Shown one piece after another: positions 48,201 through 58,642 of a DNA stretch of 64,000 nucleotides. The number at the start of each line of letters is the position of its first letter. The first letter of the stretch is position 1. The translations under genes were made by a program, and so were the position numbers. The stretch spans positions 3,936,001 through 4,000,000 of the forward strand of contig CAXXLZ010000002.1 of assembly GCA_963675595.2 (NCBI GenBank). Reading direction: 5' to 3'. This stretch comes from Thermodesulfobacteriota bacterium (lineage in GTDB: Bacteria > Desulfobacterota > Desulfarculia > JACQYL01). Below the pieces are notes generated by a model. It searched no databases and was not told where the DNA came from. It was given only the letters and a program-made list of their open reading frames with translations.

Positions 48201-49181
48201 ATGGCAAGTCCCGATCAATCCGGAATGTTGAGTAACCTTACGGTGGTGGTGCTGTCCTATAATCGACTGGCCGAAATTCAACGCAACATTCCTTTCTTGT
48301 GCTCATTGGCCGAAGAGCACGGATTCAAACTCATCGTGGTGGATAACGCTTCCGACGACGGGAGCAGGGAGTTCCTCGTCTCCGCCGCAGCCCATCCGTT
48401 CGTGCGTCTGGTTCTCAATGACGCGAATTTAGGTGTTGGGGAAGGACGGAACACGGGTCGCCGTCATGCGCGTACGGAATACGTTCTGCACCTGGATGAC
48501 GATACAAGAATCGAACTGGAGGATATGCGGAGAATGTGCGCCGTCATGGATGCACAACCGGCCGTGGGCGTGCTTTCACCAAGAATCATCCATGCGACGA
48601 CGGGGATTCCTCAAAATGATCACGGTAGTGTTGCCTGCGAGGTGGGGAATTACCACGGGGCCTGCCATCTGGTTCGAGGCGAGGCCTTGCGGCGAGTAGG
48701 CGACATTGACCCCAAATGTGTATTCGGCGGGGAAGAAATCGACTATTCCATCCGGATGCGGGCCTTGGGTTACGAGGTATGGTATACTCCGACAGTCGTG
48801 GTGCGGCACAACAACTTGTTGAGGAAGGAAAGAGATGGACGATGGCGAAGGTCCATGCGCGTGTATAATTTCACCAGAATTCATTTCAAGCATTTCCCGA
48901 AGCATGTCGCGCTCGTGTTTTCTTTCCGCTATTGTCTTTCCCACATAGTATCCGGAATTCGAGCGCACGGCCCGATTTTCGGTCTTTTGTTGCCGGCTCA
49001 TGCCTGCAGGGGAGCCAAAGACGGCATTAGAAGTCATCACGACATACCCGATGAAGTGTTGCGCTTCTACTGCAACCCGACAGTGGAACCGGATTTCGGC
49101 AATGTACCGATACTTAGAAAAGTCGTCGGTAGACTGCGGAAGGCTTTCCGTAGAGATAAAAGCGAAATTCGATCTCACTAG
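48201..49181 (+). CDS. GT2 glycosyltransferase
   Basis: VVLSYNR, VVDNASDDGS, N.G...GRN.G, LDDD, GEEIDYS.R. Confidence 0.9.
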   Translation: MASPDQSGMLSNLTVVVLSYNRLAEIQRNIPFLCSLAEEHGFKLIVVDNASDDGSREFLVSAAAHPFVRLVLNDANLGVGEGRNTGRRHARTEYVLHLDDDTRIELEDMRRMCAVMDAQPAVGVLSPRIIHATTGIPQNDHGSVACEVGNYHGACHLVRGEALRRVGDIDPKCVFGGEEIDYSIRMRALGYEVWYTPTVVVRHNNLLRKERDGRWRRSMRVYNFTRIHFKHFPKHVALVFSFRYCLSHIVSGIRAHGPIFGLLLPAHACRGAKDGIRSHHDIPDEVLRFYCNPTVEPDFGNVPILRKVVGRLRKAFRRDKSEIRSH

Positions 49182-49380
49182 ATTTCTATTCCTCCATCCA
49201 TATCTCATTTTTGATGACACCGGATACTGAAATTGCCTGCAGACGTAGTGGTGAAGAATCATTTGACGATTACAGTCCGGACCCGTTCGAGGTTGGTTAT
49301 TCTCTGTGCATAAGAAATGCCGACTTCCAGTGTAAGGGCTAGGAAAGATACGTAATCTCCTATCTTAGAGTTGTCATGCC

Positions 49381-50706
49381 ATGGGCGAAAGTGACCGCAA
49401 GATAGAGCGGCATAAACTTGGATTGTCCGGGATTCTGTTGGGGCTTTACTTGGGTACGGCACCCGTCTATTGGTTCTGGAATATTCCTGTAAGCATAATA
49501 ACATATGGTAAATATGCGCTTGCCATAGTGACGGTATTACTCGTTTGGATGACGGCAGTCGGGAAACGAGCCACAATGCTGCCCTCCGGTCTGCTGGGAC
49601 CCATTGGGTTTCTTCTATTGATCATGTCCATGATGTTTGGATTATATCAATCGGAAGTGAAGGAGATCGTATCTCGTATTATCGATTTGGTTCATTCTTT
49701 TGTATTCTTATGGACCATATATATTTACGTTATGAACGATGGAGATATTGAAAAGGTTTTCTGGATAGGTTCCACTCTTATTTTAGGATTCTGTCTGCTG
49801 GTGTTGTCGGCAGGTGTGATCGGCTTTCCTGATTGGCCGTCTCCTTTCCTGGGAAGACCTTTTACTCTCGCCGATACGGGTTTTGGCGGCATGCGAACCG
49901 GATGGTCCATTGGAATTGCTCTATTGCTTCCCACCGCACTGATGTTGGCCGATTACCTCGGGAGAAACATGGTCTTGCTACGGGCGGCCTATCTGGGGGT
50001 GGTCTGCTTGTTGCTTATCGGGTCTCAAGTCGTCGTAGGAGGGAGGACGGGGCTCGTAGCCTCGTTTGTCGGTATCGCTTGTTGGATGCTCTACGGTAGA
50101 AAGGCGGTCTGGTTGCTGGTTATTCCAATCGCCGGTGTGGTATTTATGAGTTTGGATATGGATTGGCTGTTGCATCATCTTCGTATCGATCGTCTCCAAA
50201 GCGGTGTGACCATGAAGACGGTGGATCATTTCAGCGCCTCACGCATTGAGGGTTACGAAACGGCCCTGAAATTGATTGTAAGAGAGCCTATATTGGGACA
50301 CGGATTCGGCTCATTCCACCTTAGTGGCTGGTCTTATATAAGGGGAGATTCAATCCACAATTTATGGCTCAGACTGGGAGTCCAGGCAGGCTTGCTTTGT
50401 CCGATCGTCTTTGCCGTCATTGTGGGCGCCGTTGGGAGAAAAGTTTTGATGGTTCGTAAGATGGCCGTGTCTCTAAAAATGAATTCCATCGGATCGATGC
50501 AACACAATTTGACCACGGCTTTTCTAGGGGTCTATTTGGCGGGGCTGGTGGCCACATTGGCGGAACCGAGCGTTCTGCTTGGAACATTTCAGAACTCGGC
50601 ACCTTGGTGGATGATCGCAGGATCGGCCGTCGCCATGTCTGAAAGGCTTTCCGGAGCCGGGAAGCGAACGGAGGCTCCGGGGGCCGGAGGGACGCTCAAC
50701 CCTTGA
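49381..50706 (+). CDS. Wzy polymerase / O-antigen ligase family membrane protein
   Basis: More than 10 TM segments; GGRTG, R...Y, PILGHGFG, IHN.WL; AT-richer than its neighbours. Confidence 0.8.
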   Translation: MGESDRKIERHKLGLSGILLGLYLGTAPVYWFWNIPVSIITYGKYALAIVTVLLVWMTAVGKRATMLPSGLLGPIGFLLLIMSMMFGLYQSEVKEIVSRIIDLVHSFVFLWTIYIYVMNDGDIEKVFWIGSTLILGFCLLVLSAGVIGFPDWPSPFLGRPFTLADTGFGGMRTGWSIGIALLLPTALMLADYLGRNMVLLRAAYLGVVCLLLIGSQVVVGGRTGLVASFVGIACWMLYGRKAVWLLVIPIAGVVFMSLDMDWLLHHLRIDRLQSGVTMKTVDHFSASRIEGYETALKLIVREPILGHGFGSFHLSGWSYIRGDSIHNLWLRLGVQAGLLCPIVFAVIVGAVGRKVLMVRKMAVSLKMNSIGSMQHNLTTAFLGVYLAGLVATLAEPSVLLGTFQNSAPWWMIAGSAVAMSERLSGAGKRTEAPGAGGTLNP

Positions 50707-50835
50707 GAATATCCGGGAGAACTTTTCGCCGGCTCGCTCTTCCGGCTCGCCGCAACAGAGGTTGGTGTCTCCGGTACCAGGGAATACGATGCCTCGCACT
50801 GGAATCGCACCTCTTATCATAGCTGCCGTAACGTC

Positions 50836-51975
50836 GTGAAAATTGTTTTCTGGCAAAATATCCCGTCACTTCATCAAGCCGCTTTCATTCGAGCTCTCAA
50901 TGAGCGTACCGGCGAAAGTACGGTGTTGGTGGCGGCGAGCGACGTTGGAGCGCGAGCGGAGACCAGCGGCTGGGGTCGACCGGATTTCGGCGGAGCGGAG
51001 CTGATCATCGAACCGGCCGAGCTCGAATGGCCTCATCTGGCAAAACGGTTTTCGGGCGAGGCATGGACTCACGTATTCTCCGGGTTGGGTTCCTATCCTC
51101 TCGTGGATGTGGTATCGAGAATACTGATTAGGAACCGGAGTCGTTGCGGAGTCATGACGGAGACGCCCATGCTTTTCGCCGACTCTTGTCGAGCCCTGAG
51201 GCGGCGAGCGCTTCTTTGGAGAGACCGATTCCGGGTGCTTGGACGCTGGCGAGCTTCCGATTTCGTGCTGGGTATGGGACACATGGGCGCGGAATGGTAT
51301 CGAGCGGCGGGATTTCCGGCGAACAAGGTGTTCCCTTTTGCCTATTTTTTGGACCCTGTCGACGGGGAGATGGGAAGCACGAAGACTGGAAACGGGTGCA
51401 CCGATTTTGGAATCATCTTCGTGGGTCGGCTTATCCGACGAAAAGGGGTGGATGTCTTGCTGAGGGCGCTTGCCGGTTTGGCGGCCGCGTCGTGGCGACT
51501 GGACGTCATAGGTGAGGGTCCGGAAAGGCAAAGCCTCCAAAGCCTTTCAGACGCTTTGGGCCTCGGATCGAGGGTCCGGTGGCATGGTCTGGTGGGAAAT
51601 GCTCCGGCCAGAAAAATGATCCTACGATCGGACTTACTGGTGCTGCCCAGTCACCACGACGGGTGGGGTGCGGTGGTCAACGAAGCCCTGCTGTCGGGCG
51701 TACCGGTCATCGCGACGGAATCGTGCGGCAGTGCGGTTTCCGTAGCCGCATCAGGGCTCGGCGCGGTCGTTCGTCCCGGAGATTCGGAATCTCTCCGAGA
51801 TGCCTTGGACGATCATCTCCGCAAAGGACCCCTTTCAGTCGAGGAAAGAGGAAGGCTTAAACGGTGGGCGGTCTGCCTGAATGGAAAAAGCGGGGCTTCA
51901 TATTTCTTGTCCATCATGGATTACGTCTATAATGCGGGTTCTCTTCCGTTGCCTCCCTGGAGCGAACAAACATAA
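50836..51975 (+). CDS. GT4 glycosyltransferase
   Basis: FVGRL..RKG, LPS..DGWGAVVNEAL..G.PV. Confidence 0.9.
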   Translation: MKIVFWQNIPSLHQAAFIRALNERTGESTVLVAASDVGARAETSGWGRPDFGGAELIIEPAELEWPHLAKRFSGEAWTHVFSGLGSYPLVDVVSRILIRNRSRCGVMTETPMLFADSCRALRRRALLWRDRFRVLGRWRASDFVLGMGHMGAEWYRAAGFPANKVFPFAYFLDPVDGEMGSTKTGNGCTDFGIIFVGRLIRRKGVDVLLRALAGLAAASWRLDVIGEGPERQSLQSLSDALGLGSRVRWHGLVGNAPARKMILRSDLLVLPSHHDGWGAVVNEALLSGVPVIATESCGSAVSVAASGLGAVVRPGDSESLRDALDDHLRKGPLSVEERGRLKRWAVCLNGKSGASYFLSIMDYVYNAGSLPLPPWSEQT

Positions 51976-52066
51976 GGAGCAAGGGTCGGAAACATGCTCC
52001 GAGGCGGTCCGGACGCCATAGCGACTTCAACGGCCGCGGAAGCGGCGCACCTTTCGGAGAGCCGAT

Positions 52067-53308
52067 TTGATCAATCACTCGGAGGAGCTCGGAACACACA
52101 GTATTCAACACTCGACTTCAAGCTCCAAGCCGCCGACAATCGTTACTTTTCTTCGCTGTTACGTGCCCGGCTACAAGTCCGGTGGACCGGTGCGGACGAT
52201 TCAAAATATGGTGGATCATTTGGGCGATGAATTCCGGTTTAGGATCGTCACTTCCGATCGTGATGACGGCGATTCCGGGCCCTATCCGGGAATTACACCT
52301 GACGCATGGAATCGGATGGGCAAGGCGGATGTTTATTATGCTTCGCCCCACCGGCTTACGCCGGGCGCTTTTTCCCGCATACTGAACGAAACCGTTCACG
52401 ATGTGGTCTATTTGAACAGCCTGCTCAATCCTCGCTTCACCATAGCAGTGTTGGCCTTGCGCAGATTAAGACGCATTCCGCCGAGGCCCGTTGTGTTGGC
52501 GCCCCGAGGCGAGTTCTCGCCGAGCGCTTTGGCGATCAAATCATTGAAGAAAACCCTTTTCCTTTTTTCAGCTCGCCTCCTCTCCTTGTATTCCGACGTG
52601 GTTTGGCAGGCGTCTTCCGAGAGTGAGGCGGACGACATCAGAAGGGTCATGGGGTCAACAGTCGGGACCGTGTTCGTCGCTCCGGACCTGCTCCCGCGTC
52701 CGAACACAGAGGATGTGCCCGCTCCCGCGACACGACATGAATCCGAATCCCTCCGAGTGGTCTTTCTCTCACGCATTGCGCCGATGAAGAATCTCGACTT
52801 TGCATTAGAGGTCATGAAACGTGTACGAGTCCCACTGGTGTTCGATATCTATGGTATAATCAGTGATGAATCCTATTGGAGGTCGTGTTCGGATAAGATC
52901 AAGGAAATGCCGAAACACATAAAGGCGAACTATTTCGGCCCGGTGGAGAACTTCAAGGTTCCGGGTGTGTTGGCAAGGTATGATCTTTTCTTCCTGCCGA
53001 CTCAAGGTGAGAATTTCGGGCATGTGATCTACGAGTCGCTGGCCGCCGGAACACCGGTCCTGATAAGTGATCGCACTCCCTGGTCTGACATCGAGGACCA
53101 TGGATGTGGAAAGGCGCTTTCTCTCGACGAACCGGATGAATTCTCGTTGGAGCTGGAGCGATTCTCCAAAATAAGCATTGATGCACATACGATGCTCCGA
53201 AGGAACGCCCGGGACTATGCCGTGCGAATCGCTTCGAATGAAGATATGCTACGGATGAATCGAGAGCTTTTTCTTTCCGTGTTCTCGAAGTCCGCATCCA
53301 GCGCCTGA
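52067..53308 (+). CDS. GT4 glycosyltransferase (start uncertain)
   Basis: PGYKSGGP, APRGE, FLSRI.PMKN, PT.GENFGHVI.ESL..G.PV. Confidence 0.88.
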   Translation: MINHSEELGTHSIQHSTSSSKPPTIVTFLRCYVPGYKSGGPVRTIQNMVDHLGDEFRFRIVTSDRDDGDSGPYPGITPDAWNRMGKADVYYASPHRLTPGAFSRILNETVHDVVYLNSLLNPRFTIAVLALRRLRRIPPRPVVLAPRGEFSPSALAIKSLKKTLFLFSARLLSLYSDVVWQASSESEADDIRRVMGSTVGTVFVAPDLLPRPNTEDVPAPATRHESESLRVVFLSRIAPMKNLDFALEVMKRVRVPLVFDIYGIISDESYWRSCSDKIKEMPKHIKANYFGPVENFKVPGVLARYDLFFLPTQGENFGHVIYESLAAGTPVLISDRTPWSDIEDHGCGKALSLDEPDEFSLELERFSKISIDAHTMLRRNARDYAVRIASNEDMLRMNRELFLSVFSKSASSA

Positions 53309-53353
53309 AGAAAAGTTTCGTCAATCAAAGGAAAGCGACGGATTGCCTCATTT

Positions 53354-55585
53354 ATGAAACAGATCATCCAGTCTTATCGTACCGGTGAAATGGAACTCAC
53401 GGAGGTTCCCAGGCCCCAGGTTTCTCCAGGTATGGTCCTGGTGGAAACCAAGGCGTCGGTCGTTTCCGCAGGCACGGAAAAGATGCTGGTATCTCTCGCC
53501 AAAATGTCCCTGATCGGCAAGGCGCGGGCAAGGCCCGATCTGGTGAGAAAGACGCTTGCCGCAGCACGGAAGGAAGGAATTCGATCCACTTTGGAAAAGG
53601 TTCGCTCCCGCCTCGAATCTCCCGTTCCACTGGGGTACTCATGCAGCGGCATCGTCCGGGAACTCGGCGAAGGAGTCGAAGGTCTGACCGTGGGGGACCG
53701 GGTGGCGTGCGGGGGCGCGGGTTATGCCAACCACGCGGAATTCAACGTGATTCCACGAAACTTGTGCGTTCCCATTCCCGATTCTGGAACACGAGAATCG
53801 CCCATGGCTTTTGAGGAAGCGGCCTTCTCCACCATTGGGGCCATTGCGCTGCAAGGTGTTCGCCAAGCGCGGCTCACCCTTGGAGAGAGCGTTTGCGTTG
53901 TGGGATTGGGGCTTCTGGGACAGATTACGGTGCAGCTCTGCAAGGCCTCCGGTTGTCGGGTGTTGGGGGCGGACATCGATGACGGCAGAATCTCTTTAGC
54001 AGCCGATTTCGGTGCGGAGTCCGCCGTGCGAAGTGAAAGCCTGTCCCGCGAGGCGGCTCGATTCAGCGGAGGCGTGGGCATGGACGCGGTGATCATCACC
54101 GCGGCGGCTTCCGGAAGTGATCTGGTGGCTCTGGCGGGGGAGATTTCGCGTCTGAAGGGGCGAGTGGTCGTGGTGGGCCTGGTGGGTCTCGACATCCCCA
54201 GGGACGTCTACTACAAAAAGGAACTGGAAGTACGGCTGTCCATGTCGTACGGCCCCGGTCGGTATGATGTGGAATACGAAGAACGGGGGCACGACTACCC
54301 GTTACCGTACGTGCGCTGGACTGAGCAGCGGAACATGTCCGCGTTTCTGGGATTGTGCGTTCAGGGCCGATTGGACGTTCGATCCCTGATTACGCATCGT
54401 TATCCCTTCGATCAATCACTAAGCGCTTACCGTTTGATCACTCAAGGAGAAGAACCCTCGCTGGGAGTGGTGCTGGAGTACGACGCCGGGCCTCAACCCC
54501 GGCGAATTCCCGTGATCTCCAAGGCAGGTCGAAAGATGGAAGGGCCTGTGGGCATCGGTTTGATCGGAGCGGGGAATTTCGCCAATTCGGTTCTCCTTCC
54601 CAAGCTGAGCCGCATGTCCCAAGTCCGGTTCCGCGGAGTGACCACCGGGAGGGGTATGACGGCCAAGGCCGTGGCCGAACGGTTTGGATTCGACTACTGT
54701 GCGGAAACCGCGACGGAAATCATTGACGACGACCAAATCCGAGCGGTGTTTGTGGTCACGCGGCACGATCTGCACGGTCCTTTGGTCGAAAAGTGTTTGG
54801 CCGCCGGGAAGCACGTTTTTGTGGAAAAACCCTTGTGTATTCACGCCTCTCAGTTGGCTTCCATCGAGAATATCCTGAAGGACTCAGCCTCCTCATCGGC
54901 GCATCCCGTTCTGATGGTGGGGTTCAACAGAAGGTTTTCTCCCATGGTGCGAAAGATCAAAGACGGCTTAAGCCGACGTGCCTCCCCTCTGGTGGGATCG
55001 TACCGGGTGAATGCAGGCTTGATTCCCAAGGATTCCTGGGTCCAGGACCCCCTTCAAGGAGGAGGCAGAATCATTGGAGAGGCGTGCCATATGGTGGACA
55101 CCCTTCGTTTTTTGACAGGCTCTTCGGTGAAGACCGTGCAGGCGGGATGCGTTCGGTCCGGAAGAACGGAAGATACGGACCGGGATACGGTTTCCATAAC
55201 GTTGACCTATGCGGACGGTTCCCTGGGCGATATCCTCTATTATGCTCTCGGGAGTCCCGCGGTTCCCAAGGAGCGGTTGGATGTCTCGGCGGACGGTTCC
55301 TCCTGGGAACTGAACCACTTTCGTGAACTTGCGACTTACCGGGGGACCCGTTCGGAGAGGACCAAAGAGACGCAGGACAAGGGCCATGAGGAAGAAGTCC
55401 GGGCCTTCCTGGCATCGGTTGCCGGAGAAACTCCGCCTCCCATTCCGCTTATGGAGATTTTTGAGACCACGCGGGTTTCCTTTGCCGTACACGAAGCCTT
55501 GGACACCGGGCGTATGATACACATGGACGAATGGTCGCCGGAGGAAACTTCGGATATGGGGGATTCGAATGGGGAAACCCCCTGA
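53354..55585 (+). CDS. Bi-domain oxidoreductase (Zn-ADH-like + Gfo/Idh/MocA), nucleotide-sugar pathway
   Basis: SAGTE, PLGYS, GLGLLG, SYGPGRYD..YE, RWTEQRN; IGAGNF, HVFVEKP, VGFNRRF, GEACH..D. Confidence 0.88.
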   Translation: MKQIIQSYRTGEMELTEVPRPQVSPGMVLVETKASVVSAGTEKMLVSLAKMSLIGKARARPDLVRKTLAAARKEGIRSTLEKVRSRLESPVPLGYSCSGIVRELGEGVEGLTVGDRVACGGAGYANHAEFNVIPRNLCVPIPDSGTRESPMAFEEAAFSTIGAIALQGVRQARLTLGESVCVVGLGLLGQITVQLCKASGCRVLGADIDDGRISLAADFGAESAVRSESLSREAARFSGGVGMDAVIITAAASGSDLVALAGEISRLKGRVVVVGLVGLDIPRDVYYKKELEVRLSMSYGPGRYDVEYEERGHDYPLPYVRWTEQRNMSAFLGLCVQGRLDVRSLITHRYPFDQSLSAYRLITQGEEPSLGVVLEYDAGPQPRRIPVISKAGRKMEGPVGIGLIGAGNFANSVLLPKLSRMSQVRFRGVTTGRGMTAKAVAERFGFDYCAETATEIIDDDQIRAVFVVTRHDLHGPLVEKCLAAGKHVFVEKPLCIHASQLASIENILKDSASSSAHPVLMVGFNRRFSPMVRKIKDGLSRRASPLVGSYRVNAGLIPKDSWVQDPLQGGGRIIGEACHMVDTLRFLTGSSVKTVQAGCVRSGRTEDTDRDTVSITLTYADGSLGDILYYALGSPAVPKERLDVSADGSSWELNHFRELATYRGTRSERTKETQDKGHEEEVRAFLASVAGETPPPIPLMEIFETTRVSFAVHEALDTGRMIHMDEWSPEETSDMGDSNGETP

Positions 55586-57296
55586 AGAGGATTCGGAAAA
55601 AGTGTTGAAGCGTCTTGGGCTGCTTCTGCGTACCGCCAGATACTTGAAGGCGGAACAGGCGATGTATCTGGCCAAGACCCGAGTTCCCACCGGGCTGCTG
55701 TCTTTAGGGCTCAGGACCGGACTGGGCGACTCCGCAGTCACCGGCTGGAAAATGCTGAAACCCAGGGTTCCCTTTCCCTGCTACCCGTGGTGGATTCCGG
55801 AGAATCTCCGGTCGGGCCGTTTCGACTTTATAGGACGGAAGAAGACTTTCCTGGACGTTTTGGACTGGGCTTCGGAAGACATGCCGCTCCTATGGCGATA
55901 TAATCTCCATTATTTCCAGTTTCTGCTTCCGGATGGAGGTCTGGACGCCGACACCGGAGGCAAGCTGATTCGGGAATGGGTCCGTCACAACCCGATTCGC
56001 ACCCCGGTGGCTTGGGATCCTTTCCCTCTGTCGCTGCGCGTGGTGAATTGGGCCAAGTATCTGAGCCTGACGGAGCATGCGCCTTCCTTTCAAGAAGAGG
56101 CGGCCCGTTCGCTTTTTCAGCAGATTCGCTATTTGGAGGGAAATCTCGAGCGCCATTTGCTGGCCAACCATCTCTTCAAAAATATAAAGGCCTTGCTTTT
56201 CGCAGGAGTGAGTTTCGATCGTCCGGAAGCGGCTCGATGGCGTGAACAGGGGCTTGGACTTCTGCGGAGAGAACTGGCCGAGCAAATTCTTCCGGACGGC
56301 GGGCATTTCGAAAGAAGCCCCATGTACCACTGCATGATCTTCGAGGATTGTCTGGATTTGCTCAACATTGCTCACTGCTTTCCGATGTCCATAGGGAGCT
56401 CGCCGGAAAACGAACTGAGGGAGGTGTGCGGGAGAATGGCCGGGTTCCTGGCCGGTACCCTGCACCCCGACGGCGATATTCCTCTGTTCAATGATTCGGC
56501 TTTCGGTATCGAATTGCCGCCGCGAAGGCTGCTTCAATACGCGTCCGAACTGGGCGTCACGGTGGAGACGGATCGAAAGAGGAGGCACTTTTCCTTTCCA
56601 GATACGGGCTACTATATTTTCTCTCCCGGCGAGGATTCCCGATTGATCGTGGATTGCGGCCCCATTGGGCCCGACTATCAGCCGGGGCATGCTCATTGCG
56701 ACACCCTAAGCTACGAGCTTTCCCTGTCGGGGCGTCGTGTGGTGGTGGACAGCGGAGTGTACGGCTACGAGCCCGGAGACTTGAGGTCCTACGTGAGGAG
56801 CACGTCGGCTCACAACACGGTCGAGGTGGACGGGACCGAACAAAGCGAGATATGGAAATCCCACAGAGTGGGCAGGAGAGCGAAACCCTTGTCAGCCCGA
56901 ATCGAGGGGAACGGAGCGGGTGCCGTGAGTTTCGCGGGTTCCCATGACGGCTATTCTTTCCTGCCTGGAAAAGTGATCCATGAAAGGACCATCCGATACG
57001 AACCCCAAAACAACTGGATGGTTTTGGATCGGATTCTCGGCAAGGGGAACCACGGCGCGAGGAGCCGAATCCACTTGCACCCGGATTTGAGGCCCGTGGT
57101 AGACGGAGAGCGCGTATTGATTTTGGACTCCTCGCAAAGGACCGTGGCGGAATTGACGCCTGTGGGAACCCAGGAGGTGCTGTTCGAAAAAGGCTGGTAT
57201 TGTCCCCGTTTCGGTCTTCGAAAGGGAAAGTGGGTGATCGCTTTCGAGGTCGAGGGGGAACTTCCCCTGGAAGTCGGCTATTGGTTTCGGACCTGA
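55569..57296 (+). CDS. Heparinase II/III-family protein
   Basis: LW.YNLHY, NHL..N, DGGHFERSPMYH, FNDS, GHAHCD.LS.EL, VDSG...Y, RST.AHNT. Confidence 0.88.
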   Translation: MGKPPEEDSEKVLKRLGLLLRTARYLKAEQAMYLAKTRVPTGLLSLGLRTGLGDSAVTGWKMLKPRVPFPCYPWWIPENLRSGRFDFIGRKKTFLDVLDWASEDMPLLWRYNLHYFQFLLPDGGLDADTGGKLIREWVRHNPIRTPVAWDPFPLSLRVVNWAKYLSLTEHAPSFQEEAARSLFQQIRYLEGNLERHLLANHLFKNIKALLFAGVSFDRPEAARWREQGLGLLRRELAEQILPDGGHFERSPMYHCMIFEDCLDLLNIAHCFPMSIGSSPENELREVCGRMAGFLAGTLHPDGDIPLFNDSAFGIELPPRRLLQYASELGVTVETDRKRRHFSFPDTGYYIFSPGEDSRLIVDCGPIGPDYQPGHAHCDTLSYELSLSGRRVVVDSGVYGYEPGDLRSYVRSTSAHNTVEVDGTEQSEIWKSHRVGRRAKPLSARIEGNGAGAVSFAGSHDGYSFLPGKVIHERTIRYEPQNNWMVLDRILGKGNHGARSRIHLHPDLRPVVDGERVLILDSSQRTVAELTPVGTQEVLFEKGWYCPRFGLRKGKWVIAFEVEGELPLEVGYWFRT

Positions 57297-57300
57297 CGAT

Positions 57301-58536
57301 ATGCATGTTCTCTTCTTGACCCATTATTTCCCACCGGAAGTCAACGCTCCCGCGTCCCGGACCTTCGAACACTGCAGGTTGTGGGTTCGCGAGGGCCATG
57401 AGGTCACAGTGGTGACCTGCGTTCCCAATCATCCCAAGGGACGGCCGTACCCGGGATATCGGAATGCGTTTTTTCAGAGCGAGACCGTGGAGGGAATCCG
57501 CGTCCTTCGAGTTTGGACTTATCTGGCGGCCAACGAGGGCTTCCTCAAACGTACCTTGAATTATGTCTCCTACCTTGTGTCCGTACTGGCACAGGTTTTT
57601 CGATTGCCGAAACCCGATGTGGTGGTTTCCACGTCTCCCCAATTCTTCTGCGGATTGGCGGGGTGGCCCGTGGCTCGCATCAAGCGGGCGGCGTGGGTCT
57701 TGGAAATACGGGATTTGTGGCCGGACTCGATTCTGGCCGTGGGTGCACTGACGAATCCCGGCATCATCGGCATATTGAAGGGGATCGAAAGAAAAGTCTA
57801 TCGGACCGCGGATCGGGTGGTGGCTTTAACGGAGCCGTTTCGCCGTCACATCATTCGTTGCGGAGCGGATGCCGGGCGAGTGACCGTCCTTCCCAACGGG
57901 GCGGACCTGAGCAGGTTTCAAAGAGTACCTCGTCTGAACGATGTGTCCGACAGTTTGGGATTGTCGGATCGTTTTGCAGTGGGATACTTCGGCACACACG
58001 GCATGGCCCACGGACTGGACACCGTCCTGGACGCCGCCGAACGCCTGGCATCGCACAAGGACGTGGTGCTTCTGCTGGTGGGCGATGGAGCGGAGCGCAG
58101 GCGGCTTGAGGAATCGAAGCGGCGGAGAGGCCTCGACAACGTCCTCATGCTCGGCCAAGTATCCAAAGACCGAATGCCCGCCCTCTTGGGCTCCTGTGAC
58201 GCCACCATGGTCCTTCTGATCAAAAACGATCTCTTCAAGACGGTGATTCCTTCAAAGATCTTTGAGGCCATGGCGTTGGAGAAACCGATCATTCTGGGCG
58301 TGGAAGGCGAAAGTGAACGGATTGTCCGGCAGGCGGAGTGCGGCATTTGCATCGAGCCGGAGAACGCGGATGCTCTGGCCCAAGCCGCATTGACACTGAA
58401 GGAGGACCCGGAACGCCGACGCCGATTGGGAGAGAACGGGCGAAAGTACGTCGAGGAATATTTTGATCGCGAAGTGATCGCGCGGCGGTACCTGGATTTT
58501 TTGCGGGATGCCGTAAAATGCCATAAAAATCGGTAG
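57301..58536 (+). CDS. GT4 glycosyltransferase (WbuB-like)
   Basis: YFPPE..APA.R, PNHP.G, EIRDLWP, GTHG.AHGL, PSKIFE.MA. Confidence 0.9.
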   Translation: MHVLFLTHYFPPEVNAPASRTFEHCRLWVREGHEVTVVTCVPNHPKGRPYPGYRNAFFQSETVEGIRVLRVWTYLAANEGFLKRTLNYVSYLVSVLAQVFRLPKPDVVVSTSPQFFCGLAGWPVARIKRAAWVLEIRDLWPDSILAVGALTNPGIIGILKGIERKVYRTADRVVALTEPFRRHIIRCGADAGRVTVLPNGADLSRFQRVPRLNDVSDSLGLSDRFAVGYFGTHGMAHGLDTVLDAAERLASHKDVVLLLVGDGAERRRLEESKRRRGLDNVLMLGQVSKDRMPALLGSCDATMVLLIKNDLFKTVIPSKIFEAMALEKPIILGVEGESERIVRQAECGICIEPENADALAQAALTLKEDPERRRRLGENGRKYVEEYFDREVIARRYLDFLRDAVKCHKNR

Positions 58537-58642
58537 AGCGGCTTTCGCGTGCCGGCGAACCATGAGGATGCGGAGACCTCGTTTCCCGTTGCGAACGAAG
58601 GGAAGGGACTTCCTCGCATGAAGAAAACCGGAGAAATTATCG

